The notes: generated from the letters alone by a model not told the origin. 64,000 nucleotides of DNA from Octopus sinensis (GCF_006345805.1 NC_043004.1:55738001-55802000); one strand, 5' to 3'; shown: positions 1-12,290, counted from the stretch's first letter. Made by a program: numbers and translations.

Positions 1-241
1 GGCTGTGACTAATACATCTGTTCTGATAACTCAAGAGTGAAGATTAAACTCATTGAGATTTATCTAGTGAATCAGCATTTACACTGTTGTTGTCTCCCTT
101 AGTATACAAGCTCTGTATTCACATATTAGCATGAATCAAATTTGCATGAATTATGAAAATTTAATGTCAATGCATTGAATATAAAGGTAGGTCATACATC
201 AGTTGGTATATGTGTGCGTGTGTATAGGCATACACATATAT

Positions 242-624
242 ATCATCATCATCATCGTTGTCGTTTAACGTCCATTTTCCGTGCTAGCATGGGTTGGACG
301 GTTTGACTGGGGTCTGGGAAGCCATGCCCTTCCTAATACCAACCACTCCGTGAGTGTAGTGGGTGCTTTTTACGTGCCACCGGCACAGGTGTGAGGGGAG
401 GCTGGCAGCGGACACGATCGGTTGGTGCATTTTACGTGCTACCAGCACAGAAGCCAGTCAAGGCGGCGCTGGCATCGGCCATGTTCGGATGGTGCTTTTT
501 ATGTGCCACCAGCACAGGTATCACAACTACAATTTCCATTTGATATTTATTTTGATGTTGGTGTACTTGACTCAATAGGTCTCCTCAAGCACAGCAGGTC
601 ATGTGCCACTGGCACAGAAGCCAG

Positions 625-630
<6 letters not shown>
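242..630 (-). mobile_element. RTE-clade 3' UTR fragment with (ATG)n tail
   Basis: Has the same terminal motif and ~60-bp GTGGCAC..AAAAGCACCATCCG units as the 3' UTRs of the coding RTE copies. Confidence 0.8.
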
Positions 631-691
<61 letters not shown>

Positions 692-1113
692 CATCATCAT
701 CATCATTTAATGTCTGCTTTCCATGCTGGTATGGGTTAGATGATTTGACTGGAACTGGTAAGCTGCAGCAGGTTCCAGTTTGGTTTGGCATGGTTTCTAC
801 AGCTGGATGCCCATCTAATATTTAGGCATATAAACCCAAGACAGGAAAAAAATGGGTTTACATACCTGTAACTTAGTGGTTCAGTGGCAAGAGAGATCGA
901 TAGAATAAGTACCAAACTTTAAAAAAAAAATACTGGGGTTGATTCCTTCAACTCAAAATTCTAGAAGGTGGTGCCCCACCATGGCTGCAGTCTAATGACT
1001 GAATGTAAAAGGACAAACACATACACACTTCATAGTTTAGCCAACCCATAGTGATGATTTTACCCATCTAAACAATGCTCTACAGTTACTTCTCATATAT
1101 AATATTAAATTGT

Positions 1114-1474
1114 GGAGGCGCAATGGCCCAGTAGTTAGGGCAGCGGACTCGCGGTCGTAGGATCGCGGTTTCGATTCCCAGACCGGGTGTTGTGAGTGTT
1201 TATTGAGCGAAAACACCTAAAGCTCCACGAGGCTCCGGCAGGGGATGGTGGTGATCCTTGCTGTACTCTTTCACCACAACTTTCTCTCACTCTTACTTCC
1301 TGTTTCTGTTGGCCTTGTCACTCTCTGTGCCACGCTGAATATCCCTGAGAACTACGTTAAGGGTACACGTATCTGTGGAGTGTTCAGCCACTTACATGTT
1401 AATTTCATGAGCAGGCTGTTCCGTTGATCAGATCAACCGGAACCCTCGTCCTCGTAACCGACTGAGTGCTTCCA
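1114..1474 (+). mobile_element. tRNA-derived SINE family B, long-tail variant
   Basis: Head GGAGGCGCAATGGCCCAGT..GGTTTCGATTCCC has A- and B-box-like motifs. Several other copies occur in the window. Confidence 0.85.
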
Positions 1475-1941
1475 TAATATTAAATTAATTGCCTCAATAT
1501 TTATTAAATTAGAAAAGGTTTTATAATAACCATTCAGAGCTAACAGATGATAAACTAAGACAATATATGTATTGATTAAAGTCTGTCAGTTGCTTTGTTT
1601 GCAATTCATTCATAAGTCAGCTGAATATTGTGTTAAGAATTGGGGACACCATTATATATCAATACAATACAACTTCGATTATGAAGAAAATGTGTGTGGC
1701 AGTTGCAAACGAAAAATAATTCAACCACTAGACAGAATAAATAGTTGAAATAATTTCTATAAATATTAGAGGTTGAGTATATAAGGTGTGAAGTAACACA
1801 GTGGGGCTAAGCAAAAAGAAATAAGTGTGTGTGTGTGATTATCCTTCTATTCATCATCATCATCACTTTAATACCTATCGGATGGTCTTTAAGGCAGCCA
1901 GCTGGTACAGAATCCCCAGCACACTGGGTGAAATGCTTACC

Positions 1942-2326
1942 CTTTACACTTTTACTTGTTTCAGTCATTTGACTGCGGCCATGCTGGAGCACCGCCTTTA
2001 ATCGAGCAACTCAACCGCGGGACTTATTCTTTTGTAAGCCCAGTACTTATTCTATCGGTCTCTTATGCCGAACCGCTAAGTTACAGGGACATAAACACAC
2101 CAGCATCAGTTGTCAAGCAAATGCTAGGGGGACAAACACAGACACACAAACACACACACACAGATATATATATATATACATATATACGACGGGGATTTTA
2201 AGTTTCCGTCTACCAAATCCACTCACAAGGCTTTGGTCGGCCCGGGGCTATAGTAGAAGTCACTTGCCCAAACCCGGAACCAAGTGGTTGGTAAGCAAGC
2301 TACTTACCACACAGCCACTCTTGCGC
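1942..2326 (-). mobile_element. tRNA-derived SINE family A
   Basis: Head GGAGTGGCTGTGTGGTAAG..GGTTC, central (TA)/(TG) microsatellite, (TAAAAGAG)n tail. About 20 copies in the window. Confidence 0.85.
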
Positions 2327-3161
2327 TTAGCGGCATTTTGCCGGTCTTTATGTTCTGAGCGAAATTTCCACAGAGGCTGACTTTGGCTTTCATCCTTTTG
2401 GGGTCAGTAGAATAAATATCAGTGAAGTACTGGGGTTGATGTAGTAAACTTATCCCCTCCCCATAATTTGAAATCGATATCTATAAGTAAGTATAGGAAT
2501 TCATTGCTCAGCTCAGTCTTGTGTCATCTCAACTGTGAGGAGCATCATCCTAGGATCTGATTTTACCTCTTCTTCCAGAGCCGCTGCTGCTGCTACTACA
2601 CCACATACATGCATACACCATGCTTTTGTTTTATGCCCATTTTCCCCCACTGGGGTGTTATTTTAAAGCTGGATGCACTTCTTACCGCTTACCATGACCT
2701 GTTTTCAAATAAGAGATATTTTATTCCATTTGTCTTTGAAAGCAGAGAGCTAGAGAATAATTTCTTAACAAGTAATATCAACATAATGTCACTGTTTTTG
2801 TGCAAATGATTTCATGTGAAGACACAGAATGTAAACATTAACATAAACACAGGGATGTGGAGTGAAGGATTTGGAGTCAAGAAATTAGAATTGGAAAAAA
2901 TAATTCGGAAATACTAAATTTCTGAATCTCTCGTAGAGACATGTACGGTGGTGGGGCGATAGAATGGTTGTATACTGTCAATCTAACACGAACGTGACAG
3001 TAGGTGGGGTACACCACTGCTGTTTAGCCCTAGGAAGCATCGACGCCTCCTGATGGCTTTGACACATTTTTCCTGTGTCCTTATATACATTTACGAAGAG
3101 GAGACAAATACCCCCAGCCGCCCGGGCTGCATCAAAAATAATTGTTTCACTGAAATTGGAG

Positions 3162-3632
3162 TGATTGGCGAACCAATTGCAAACCCCTGTGGGGCCACCA
3201 TTTGTCCACATCTGCCCTAAAGCAATAAACTCAAAGTAAAGATTGACTTAATCATCAACCTAAAATACAATGAATGTGTGTGTGTGTGTATGTGAGTGCA
3301 TGCATGCATATGTTTGAGTATAAAAACAGAAAAGAAGCAAGCTCAATATATGTAGTAGCAGTTCTAAGTTCAAATTCTACCGGGGTTGACTTTGCCTTTC
3401 ACTCTTTCAGGGATGATAAAATAAGTTGGACACCGGGGTCAATGTAATTATTAACTTACCCCTTCCTTGAAATTGCTGGCCTTGTGCCAAAATTTGACAC
3501 CAATAAATGTAGAAGTGCTTATTATTCCTTCAGAGTTGATGATTAAGTCAATCTTTACTTTGGGCTTATTGCTTTAGGGCAGATGTGGACAAACTGTGGC
3601 CCCACAGGGGTTTGCAATTGGTTTGCCAATCA
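3162..3632. repeat. ~98-bp inverted repeat (3162-3259 and 3535-3632)
   Basis: The arms are reverse complements with only a few mismatches. Confidence 0.9.
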
Positions 3633-3946
3633 AAAATTAACTTGAAATTTTTTCTTTCTTTTTTGTTTTTGTAATTAGTACATCTCACCTGATGATAAGC
3701 CGTGTCTCATATGGCTTGCTCCTTGAAAAAGATTGTTCATGCCTGCTTTAGTGAGTTCATTTATTTGATAAAGAGATGAACCTATATATAAATATATCAT
3801 CGTCATCATCATCATCATTTAATGCACTCCATGCTGGTAGAGATTGGACAGTACTATAGGATCTGACAAGGTGGAGGATTACATAATATTCTAATATGGT
3901 CTTCTAAATAACATTCAGCCCCTGCAGGCATCGAAAATGGATATTA

Positions 3947-4351
3947 GTGGCTGTGTGGTAAGTAGCTTGTTTACCAACCACATGGTTCTGGGTTCAGTCC
4001 CACTGCGTGGCATCTTGGGCAAGTATCTTCTACTATAGCCTTGGGCCGACCAAAGCCTTGTGAGTGGATTTGGTAGACGGAAACTGAAAGAAGCCCGTCG
4101 TATATATGTATATATATATATATATATATGCGTGTGTGTGTTTGTGTGAGTGTGTTTGTCCCCTTAGCATTGCTTGAAAACCGATGCTGGTGTGTTTATG
4201 TCCCCGTTACTTAGCGGTTCGGCAAAAGAGGCCGATAGAGTAAGTACTGGGCTTACAAAAGAATAAGTCCCGGGGTCGAGTTGCTTGATTAAAGGCAGTG
4301 CTCCAGCATGGCCGCAGTCAAATGACTGAAACAAGTAAAAGAGTAAAAGAG
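3947..4351 (+). mobile_element. SINE family A
   Basis: Full head-body-tail match to other copies. Confidence 0.85.
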
Positions 4352-4379
4352 TATATGTGTGTGTGTGTGTGTGTGTGGA

Positions 4380-4860
4380 TTGAACTTGTGGAAGAGGGAG
4401 ACGCAAGAAAACATGGGACAAAGTATTGAAGGATGACCTTGGGACACTAAGCTTTATGGAGGAGATGACAAAGGATTGAGATATCTGGAGCCTTGCTGTA
4501 CTCAAGAAGACCTCTCCTCCACAGCAGAAGTGTTAATGCAGCTCTCCTTGCTGATGAGGATTGACCTATAAGAGCCCTGGGCTGGTACCACATAAAAACA
4601 CCCATGCTGGGGCCCATATAAAAAGCTCCAGTACTAGTGCCACCTGTGATAGCATCATATAAAAGCACCTGTTCTGGTGCCACGTAAAAGGCACCCAGCA
4701 TGGCACTCAGTAAAGTAGTTGGCATTTGGAAGGAGGTCCAGCTGTAAAAACGAAGCCCAGTTAGACTGGAACCATGTTCAGCTAGCCCTCTTGCTTGCCA
4801 GCTCTGGTCAAACCATCCAACCCATACGAGCATGGAAAACTGATGTTAAATGATGATGAT
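4380..4860 (+). mobile_element. Old degraded RTE 3' fragment
   Basis: Decayed TCGRGR.KKTWDKVLKDDL coding end, then the 3' terminal motif and an ATG tail. Confidence 0.7.
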
Positions 4861-4912
4861 ATAACTGATTAATATATCTGAGATATCTTCATAGTCAAAT
4901 GGTTTGGTTTAA

Positions 4913-5113
4913 CCCTTTTGATACCAACCTCTGTAGTACAAATGTCTTGTTTTCATAAGTATTGAATGAAAATCTTCCACCAAACCTTAGTCACAATTTA
5001 TGTTCCCAACACTAGCTTAATGATAACTAAGTTCTTTTATTAAATTCTTTGTTATATTTAAAGTAATTGAAAGAAACACAGAGCATCTCAAAATAAATAC
5101 GGTAACGAAAGGG
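4913..5113. mobile_element. piggyBac-type MITE
   Basis: TTAA|CCCTTTTGATACC ... GGTAACGAAAGGG|TTAA, i.e. imperfect TIRs with a TTAA target duplication. Confidence 0.75.
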
Positions 5114-5175
5114 TTAATTAATGATATGCACTGATGATTAAGATCAACAGGAAGACAATTAACAAAGATACTCAC

Positions 5176-5401
5176 CCAATTATCAGGGAAATATTTATCA
5201 ACAATCTCTCTCATTTTGGCTTGCTGGTTGTGGAGTATCTCTGGTTCAAAATAAAGAATCACATACAACATGCTAGCCTGGGTAGCAAGAGCAGTAGACC
5301 GATGTTCAGGAAGTGGGTAAGCAGCCACCTGGTTGTAAATGTCATCTGAACGAAGCCGGCCAATTACCATACTGATAAATATACTGTTGATGGGAACTCG
5401 G
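5176..5401 (-). CDS. WASHC5: WASH complex subunit 5 (strumpellin) internal coding exon, 226 nt
   Basis: Reads (G)[75 protein letters not shown], which I recognise as strumpellin. Acceptor ttttttccAG at 5402-5403 and donor GTgag at 5175-5171. Phase matches the upstream exon (GG|C). Confidence 0.97.
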
Positions 5402-5492
5402 CTGGAAAAAAACAGAACAGAGAAGAATGGGTATTGAGTCCTGCATTCTGCTATCTTTCAGTTCAAGTAACTTTTTTTATTTATATGTTTTA

Positions 5493-5932
5493 CTAGCAGT
5501 ATCGTCCGGCGTTGCTCGAGTTTGTAAGGGAAATAACTATATAAGCATTTTTAGAGAGTTATAGCCAAAAAATAGCAAAATAATGCATTAAAAAAAAAAA
5601 ATGATGGTAAATTTTTTTTTAAATCGTTGACTCATTGTAGACGCGTGCTAATACCCAGAAGGGCTCGATATGAATCACGACTATAGGATACCTGGTTTTG
5701 GTTACTTCTCTTATATAATAGCGAAAAAATGCATTAAAATGGAAAAAATGATGGTAAATTATTTTTAAAATCGTAGACTCATCGTAGACGCGTGCTAATA
5801 CCCAGAAGGGCTCGATATGAATCACGACTATAGGATACCTGGTTTTGGTTAAACTGCACTGCAAAATGTGGGAGTAGTTAGGAATCTAAATCGTAGGAGA
5901 CAGACACACAACTTGACTTTTATATATAAAGA
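5493..5932 (-). mobile_element. Non-autonomous Helitron
   Basis: 5' TC, 3' subterminal GAGCAACGCCGG hairpin region then CTAG, inserted between A and T. Carries an internal ~135-bp duplication. Confidence 0.8.
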
Positions 5933-6411
5933 TTTACAAAATTCATTTGTTAATTTGTTTGCTTTACAGTCACTTTTCTATACTGACATAGGTTAGGAGG
6001 ATATTTACTTAAGGCAATATTTTACAACTTGTTTGCCTTCAAGTAATGGATTTTTTTTTATTCCACTCAACTTCAGAACTGCAGAGTCACAGGATGTAAT
6101 GGTCACTAGGAATGTAAACATGACAACAGATTTTAGCCCAGGTAAAAGAAGTAGAAATAACTTGATGCACACACACACATGCGCGCGCGTGCTCAAGTGT
6201 TTGCGTGGGTGCATAAAGTTACTTCTACTTTTTTGCCTGAGCTAAAAATGGTATATCCATACATTTGGGGATATAGCTGCGAATCTTTGTCTATAACTTT
6301 AAAAACAGGGAGAGGTGAGTCAAATGGATATGAATGACTTACTGCTTCAACTAACTGAGTGGATTGCCATTTTCCTGTTTGTCCACTAACTTGTACATAT
6401 ATATATATATA

Positions 6412-6563
6412 TATAGGCGCAGGAGTGGCTTATAGACGCAGGAGTGGCTTATAGGTGCAGGAGTGGCTTATTGTTGCAGGAGTGGCTTATAGGCGCAGGA
6501 GTGGCTTATAGGTGCAGGAGTGGCTTATAGGCGCAGGAGTGGTTTATAGGCGCAGGAGTGGCT
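6412..6563 (+). repeat. 8 x 19-bp tandem of the SINE-A 5' end
   Basis: TATAGGCGCAGGAGTGGCT with variants, running directly into a SINE-A body. Confidence 0.92.
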
Positions 6564-6854
6564 GTGTGGTAAGTAGCTTGTCTACCAACCACATGGTTCC
6601 GGGTTCAGTCCTACTGCGTGGCATCTTGGGCAAGTGTCTTCTACCATAGCCTGGGGCTGACCAATACTCTCATATATAGGCGTAGGAGTGGCTGTGTGGT
6701 AAGTAGCTTGCTTATGAACCACATGGTTCCGGGTTCAGTCCCACTGCGTGGCACCTTAGGTAAGTGTCTTCTACCATAGCCTGGGGCCGACCAAAGCCTT
6801 GTGAGTGGATTTGGTAGACGGAGACTGAAAGAAGCCCGTCATATATATGTATAT

Positions 6855-9051
6855 ATCATCATCATCATCATCATTTAGCGTCCGCTTTCCATGCTAGCAT
6901 GGGTTGGACGGGTCAACTGGGGTCTGTGAAGCTGGAAGGCTTCGTCAGGCCCAGTCAGATCTGGCAGTGTTTCTACGGCTGGATGCCCTTCCTAACGCCA
7001 ACCACACCGCGAGTGTAGTGGGTGTTTTTTACGTGCCACCTGCACAGGTGCCAGACAGAGCTGGCGAACGGCCACGAACGGATGGTGCTTTTACGTGTCA
7101 CCGGCACGGGGCCAGGCGATGCTGGCAACGGACACGAACGGATGGTCCTTTTACGTGCCACCGACACGGGGCCAGACAGAGCTGGCAAACGGCCACGAAC
7201 GGACGGTGCTTTTACGTGTCACCGGCATGGGGGCCAGCCGAGGCTGACAACGAACACGAACGGATGGTGCTTTTACGTGCCACCGACACGGGGCCAGACA
7301 GAGCTGGCAAACGGCCACGAACGGACGGTGCTTTTACGTGTCACCGGCACGGGGGCCAGCCGAGGCTGGCAACGGACGCGAGCGGATGGTGCTTTTACGT
7401 GCCACCGACACGGTTGCCAGACAGAGCTGGCAAACGGCCACGAACAGACGGTGCTTTTACGTGTCACCGGCACGGGGGCCAGCCGAGGCTGGCAACAGAC
7501 ACGAACGGATGGTGCTTTTACGGGCCACCGACACGGGGCCAGACAGAGCTGGCAAACGGCCACGAGCGAATGGTGCTTTTACGTATCACCGGCACGGGTG
7601 TCAGACGAGGCTGACAGCGGACATGAACGGATGGGTCACTTAACCCCTGCTTTCTGATATATGATTTGATTTTGATTGTTCTCACTGGTCTTGCCGGGTC
7701 TTCTCACGCACAGCATACTTCCATAGGTCTCGGTTTCTGGTCATTTCCTTGGTGAGACCTAGAGTTTGAAGGTCGTGCTTCACCACCTCGACCCAGGTTT
7801 TCCTGGGTCTACCTCTTCCACAGGTCCTCTCAACTGCCAGGGTGTGGCACTTTTTCACACACCTATCTTCATCCATTCTCACCACATGACCATACCAGCG
7901 CAATCGTCTCTCTTGCACACAACATCTGATGCCTCTTAGGTCCAACTTTTCTCTCAAGGTACTTACACTCTGTCGACTATGAACACTGACATTACACATC
8001 CAACGGAGCATACTAGCTTCATTTCTCGCGAGCTTACGCATGTCCTCAGCAGTCACGGCCCATGTTTCACTGCCATGTAGCATGGCTGTTCGTACACATG
8101 CATCATACAGTCTGCCTTTTACTCTGAGCGAGAGGCCTTTAGTCACCAACAGAGGTAAGAGCTCCCTAAACTTTGCCCAGGCTATTCTTACTCTAGCCGT
8201 TACACTTTCAGTACACCCACCCCCACTACTGACTTGGTCACCAAGATAACGGAAGCTATCAACTACTTCTAGTTTTTCCCCCTGGAAAGTGACGGAAGTT
8301 GTTTTCTGCAGATTTTCAGAGGTTAATGCTCCCGAGCATCTGCCACATACAAAAACCATCTTCCTAGTTAGCCTTCCTATGACATTGCTGCACCTCTTAT
8401 GTGTCCATAGCTTACACTTGGTGCATCTTATAGAGTTTCTACCTACACCTTTTCTACAGATCGAGCAGGGCCATCTACCTGAAGGCGTTTGTGATTTGTC
8501 TACCTTCCTACTGATTACGACTTTGGTTTTAGCTAGGTTGACTCTAAGGCCCTTCGATTCTAAACCATGCTTCCACACCTGAAACTTCTTCTCCAGTTCT
8601 GATAATGACTCAGCAATTAGAGCAAGGTCATCAGCATAGAGGAGCTCCCAGGGGCATCCTGTCTTGAATTCCTCCGTTATTGCCTGGAGGACTATGATAA
8701 ATAGGAGGGGGCTGAGGACTGAGCCTTGGTGGACCCCTACCTCTACCCAGAATTCTTCACTGTACTCATTTCCAACCCTCACCTTACTAGCAGCGTCCCT
8801 GTACATGGCTTGCACAGCTCTCACTAACCATTCATCTATTCCTAGTTTCCTCATTGACCACCATATGAGGGATCGGGGGACCCTGTCGAAGGCTTTCTCC
8901 ATGTCAACAAAAGCCAGGTACAGGGGCTTATCTTTGGCTAGGTATTTCTCCTGCAGCTGCCTTACCAGGAATATAGCATCAGTGGTACTTTTCCCTGGCA
9001 CGAAACCAAACTGCATCTCATCCAAACTAACTCTCTCTCTAATTAGTTGGC
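6855..9051 (-). mobile_element. 5'-truncated RTE-clade LINE with an uninterrupted RT C-terminal frame (7682-~9051)
   Basis: RT motifs FVDMEKAFDRVP, QGSVLSPLLF, YADD, FRYLG. 3' UTR has ~60-bp repeats and an (ATG)n tail. Confidence 0.93.
7020..7640 (-). repeat. ~60-bp alternating A/B minisatellite in the RTE 3' UTR
   Basis: About 10 units alternating gtcaccggcac..gccagccgaggctggc and gccaccgacac..gccagacagagctggc. Confidence 0.9.
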
Positions 9052-9370
9052 TTATTGTGTGTCTGTGTTTGCCCCTAGCATAGCTTGACAACCGATGCTG
9101 GTGTGTTTATGTCCCCGTTACTTAGCGGTTCGGCAAAAGAGACCGATAGAATAAGTACTGGGCTTACAAAAGAATAAGTCCCGGGGTCGAGTTGCTCGAT
9201 TAAAGGCGGTGCTCCAGCATGGCCGCAGTCAAATGACTGAAACAAGTAAAAGAGTAAAAGAGTGTATATATATATATAAAGTTAATCCAAACATGAGAAA
9301 ACACAACAACGTGAGGACGTGGAACAAGTATAGTATTATTGGACGCTCAGGAAAGAAGGAAAGAAGGAGG

Positions 9371-9405
9371 GTTTAACATTTCGAGCGGAGCTCTTCGTCA
9401 GAAAC
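9371..9405 (-). ncRNA. Candidate minimal type I hammerhead ribozyme (family F1; element ~9278-9470)
   Basis: GUUU-CUGACGA-A-GAGC(UCC)GCUC-GAA-AUGU-U-AAAC: core intact, 4-bp stems I and II. Confidence 0.7.
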
Positions 9406-9894
9406 ATAGGAAAAGGAAGGATCCAAAGAAGGGAAGACGGAGGAAAAAAAATCGCCAACGTGGTCACATTTTGTATGTATATATATATAAGTAGGTGAAT
9501 GAATTATCCTAGTATGGACAATTTGGTTAACCGCACCGTGTGGGCAGTCATCTAAAAGTTTTTGTTCGTCATGATGCTGACATAAGTTCTTTGTCTTTCC
9601 TGATGAGAAGGCAGCATAATGCACCCTTAATTCCTTCAGGATTAAGAATATGCAGTCTTCAAAACATGTGTCGAGAATAAAGAAATTTTGTTAAATCGTC
9701 GTTCGACTCCATTCTTTCATTTATATATATATATTACATTCCAAAGAATCCATTACAAATCAGCCCCAATCACAGCTATAACCCATAGCGTGCCAACTTC
9801 AAGTCATACACACCTCCCTACTTCCACTCATTCATATTCTCCCTTCTCTTTCTTCTTCTTCTTCCTCGTCGTCGTGTTCCATTATATATATATA

Positions 9895-10277
9895 CTAGCA
9901 GTATCGCCCGGCGTTGCTCAGGTTTGTAAGGGAAATAACTATAAAGCATTTTTAGAGAGTTATAGCCAAAAAATAGCAAAAACATGGGAAAAAATGATGG
10001 TAAATTTTTTATTTTAAATTAAAAAAGGTGGAGTTGCGTCCCCTAGACTGTTTGTGGTTTGTGTTTTTGATTCTCGACCCCATGTCGAATTTATCGATTT
10101 TTTTCAGAACTGGGGGAACTTTTCAAAATTTTCGCTGCGTTAATTTTGAATTATGACATTGGGCTATGTGTGTGTCAAGTTTCATCTGAATCGGTTGAAA
10201 GCCGTGGTCAGGGTGAGGGTACAAGCAAACAGACACACAGAAGCACACACAGACAAACTGCCGTTTATATATAGAGA
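9895..10277 (-). mobile_element. Non-autonomous Helitron, second subfamily
   Basis: TC start and CTAG|T end. The 3' ~120 bp is shared with the other copies, while the 5' body is different. Confidence 0.75.
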
Positions 10278-10404
10278 TATATATATATATACATTCATAC
10301 ATGAACAGATGAGTACATAAATGCAAAACAAGGTGGAAAAATAGTACTCGAATACCAAAGTTAGAGTAATATGCTTTTCATAAAGCTGCAAAATTATCAC
10401 AAGA

Positions 10405-10442
10405 CTGTTACTCAGAGTTTCGTGTTCCCATTCATTGGACAA
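10405..10442 (-). ncRNA. Decayed hammerhead-like motif (family F3)
   Basis: UUGU-CCAAUGA-..-GAA-ACUC(U)GAGU-A-ACAG. Core is mutated. Flanks are homologous to 29093-29240. Confidence 0.45.
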
Positions 10443-10674
10443 TTGTGATGAAAAATAAAACTTGAAACATGAGTTCATACATATTTTTTATTGATATTTA
10501 ACAGCAGCAACAGAGTGACTTGAGGGCCAAGAGTTTCATTTATTAGCACTTATCGGAGTACTTATAAATCGAGGGGTTATAAATTTATATACTAGTGATA
10601 ATGGTATTTCCCTGGATAATTCTAGAAGAAATTATAAAAACAATTAGAATGTCATATGGATAATTCATATTTTT

Positions 10675-11084
10675 CAGGAGTGGCTGTGTGGTAAGTAGCT
10701 TGCTAACCAACCACATGGTTCCGGGTTCAGTCCCACTGCGTGGCACCTTGGGCAAGTGTCTTCTGCTATAGCCGCCGGGCCGACCAATGCCTTGTGAGTG
10801 GATTTGGTAGACGGAAACTGAAAGAAGCCCGTTGTATATATGTATATAAATATATGTGTGTTTGTGTGTCTGTGTTTGTCTCCCTAGCATTACTTGTTAA
10901 GCGATGCTGGTGTGTTTACGTCCCCGTCACTTAGCGGTTCGGCAAAAAGAGACCGATAGAATAAGTACTGGGCTTACAAAGAATAAGTCCTGGGTGATCG
11001 ATTTGCTCGACTAAAGGCGGGGCTCCAGCATGGCCGCAGTCAAATGACTGAAACAAGTAAAAGAGGGTAAAAGAGAAAAGAGAG
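10675..11084 (+). mobile_element. SINE family A
   Basis: Full-length match to other copies. Confidence 0.85.
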
Positions 11085-11380
11085 AATATGAGTGTGAGTG
11101 AATGCATGTATGAATGTATACTGTATTTATATTCACTGGCACTCTCATGTGTGTGTATATATGTATGTCAAATTTTCCTTATATGTTTATGTATTTATTT
11201 ATTGAACCATGTAATGGGTAAACTATTTGAAGAATACAAATTATCATTGTGACGTTGTAATTGTTTTTATAATTTGTTAACATCACGAAAGCACTCAAGT
11301 TGGAACAGAGCTATTTATATTAATGCTTGTTTTTGTGCTCAGCTATAATAAAAACAATTTTACATTATTCTGATGAGATT

Positions 11381-11735
11381 ACTCTTTTACTCTTTTTACT
11401 TGTTTCAGTCATTTGACTGTGGCCATGCTGAAGCACCGCCTTTTAGTCGAGCAAATCGACCCCAGGACTTATTCTATAGGTCTCTTTTGCCGAACTGCTA
11501 AGTTACGGGGATGTAAACACACCAGCATCAGTTGTCAAGCGATGTTGGGGGGACAAACACAGACACACAAACACAAATATATATATATATATATGATGGA
11601 ATTCTTTCAGTTTCCGTCTACCAAATCCACTCATAAGGCTTTGGTCGGCCTGGGGCTATAGTAGAAGACACTTGCCCAAGGTGCCACACAGTGGGACTGA
11701 ACCCGGAACCATGTGGTTCGTAAGCAAGCTACTTA
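11381..11735 (-). mobile_element. SINE family A
   Basis: Near full-length match. Confidence 0.85.
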
Positions 11736-11769
11736 ATAATTTTGTTGAGTAAAAATTTGTTATTCTTAT

Positions 11770-12290
11770 ACAAGAATATTATTGACAGTGACTTCGAAGT
11801 TTCAGCCAGCTAAGCCATCGTGGAACTGTGGTGCATTAGAATTAGTCTTGCCGTTGTATAGTCACCAACGAGTTAAAATCATATTTGGGTGTGTGGATTT
11901 GAGGAGGGTGCTAATTAGGTTTCTGTAATCAGTTGTTATGGGAAAGGTGTTTTGAAAAAAATTTCATTGGTTAAATTTGGAGTTATGTTATTGTTTAGAA
12001 TTTATTCATGCATGTAGAACTTTGTGAACAGCCTATAGGTGTTTCTCTTTTGTTAGGTAGGCACAACATGTGACAGTATTTTTGTTGCTTTTGATAATTC
12101 TGGATTCAATCCTTTTGTTATTCTAGAAACTTGTTTCTCTTGTGCTTTGATGTTCACAAAAGTATTTGAGTAAAGGTTGTATGTTTATATGGTTTTCTCT
12201 TGATGTTCATTGTTCCATAAGCAATTTGATTAGTATAAAGGGATTTTAAACTTCCTGTTTTGTGGAGGAAGAGTTTGTTTAGTGTTCATT
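11770..12290 (-). mobile_element. Possible highly degraded LINE C-terminal fragment
   Basis: Strong A/C skew on the minus strand with stop-interrupted, LINE-like coding remnants. Family not assignable. Confidence 0.3.

Larger units (their letters stand above)
6677..9262 (+). mobile_element. SINE family A split by an RTE insertion (5' half 6677-6850, 3' half ~9056-9262)
   Basis: The two halves are collinear with intact copies, and the break is at the central microsatellite. Confidence 0.8.

Noticed and set aside
1114-1190. tRNA-like sequences at SINE heads
   Set aside because: They lack a complete cloverleaf and continue into SINE bodies, so they are not tRNA genes.
3688-3782. Possible minus-strand exon (SSLYQINELTKAGMNNLFQGASHMRHGLSS) with a GTGAG donor
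   Set aside because: Poor acceptor (TA run, no pyrimidine tract) and no similarity to the expected next strumpellin segment (VISIYMG..).
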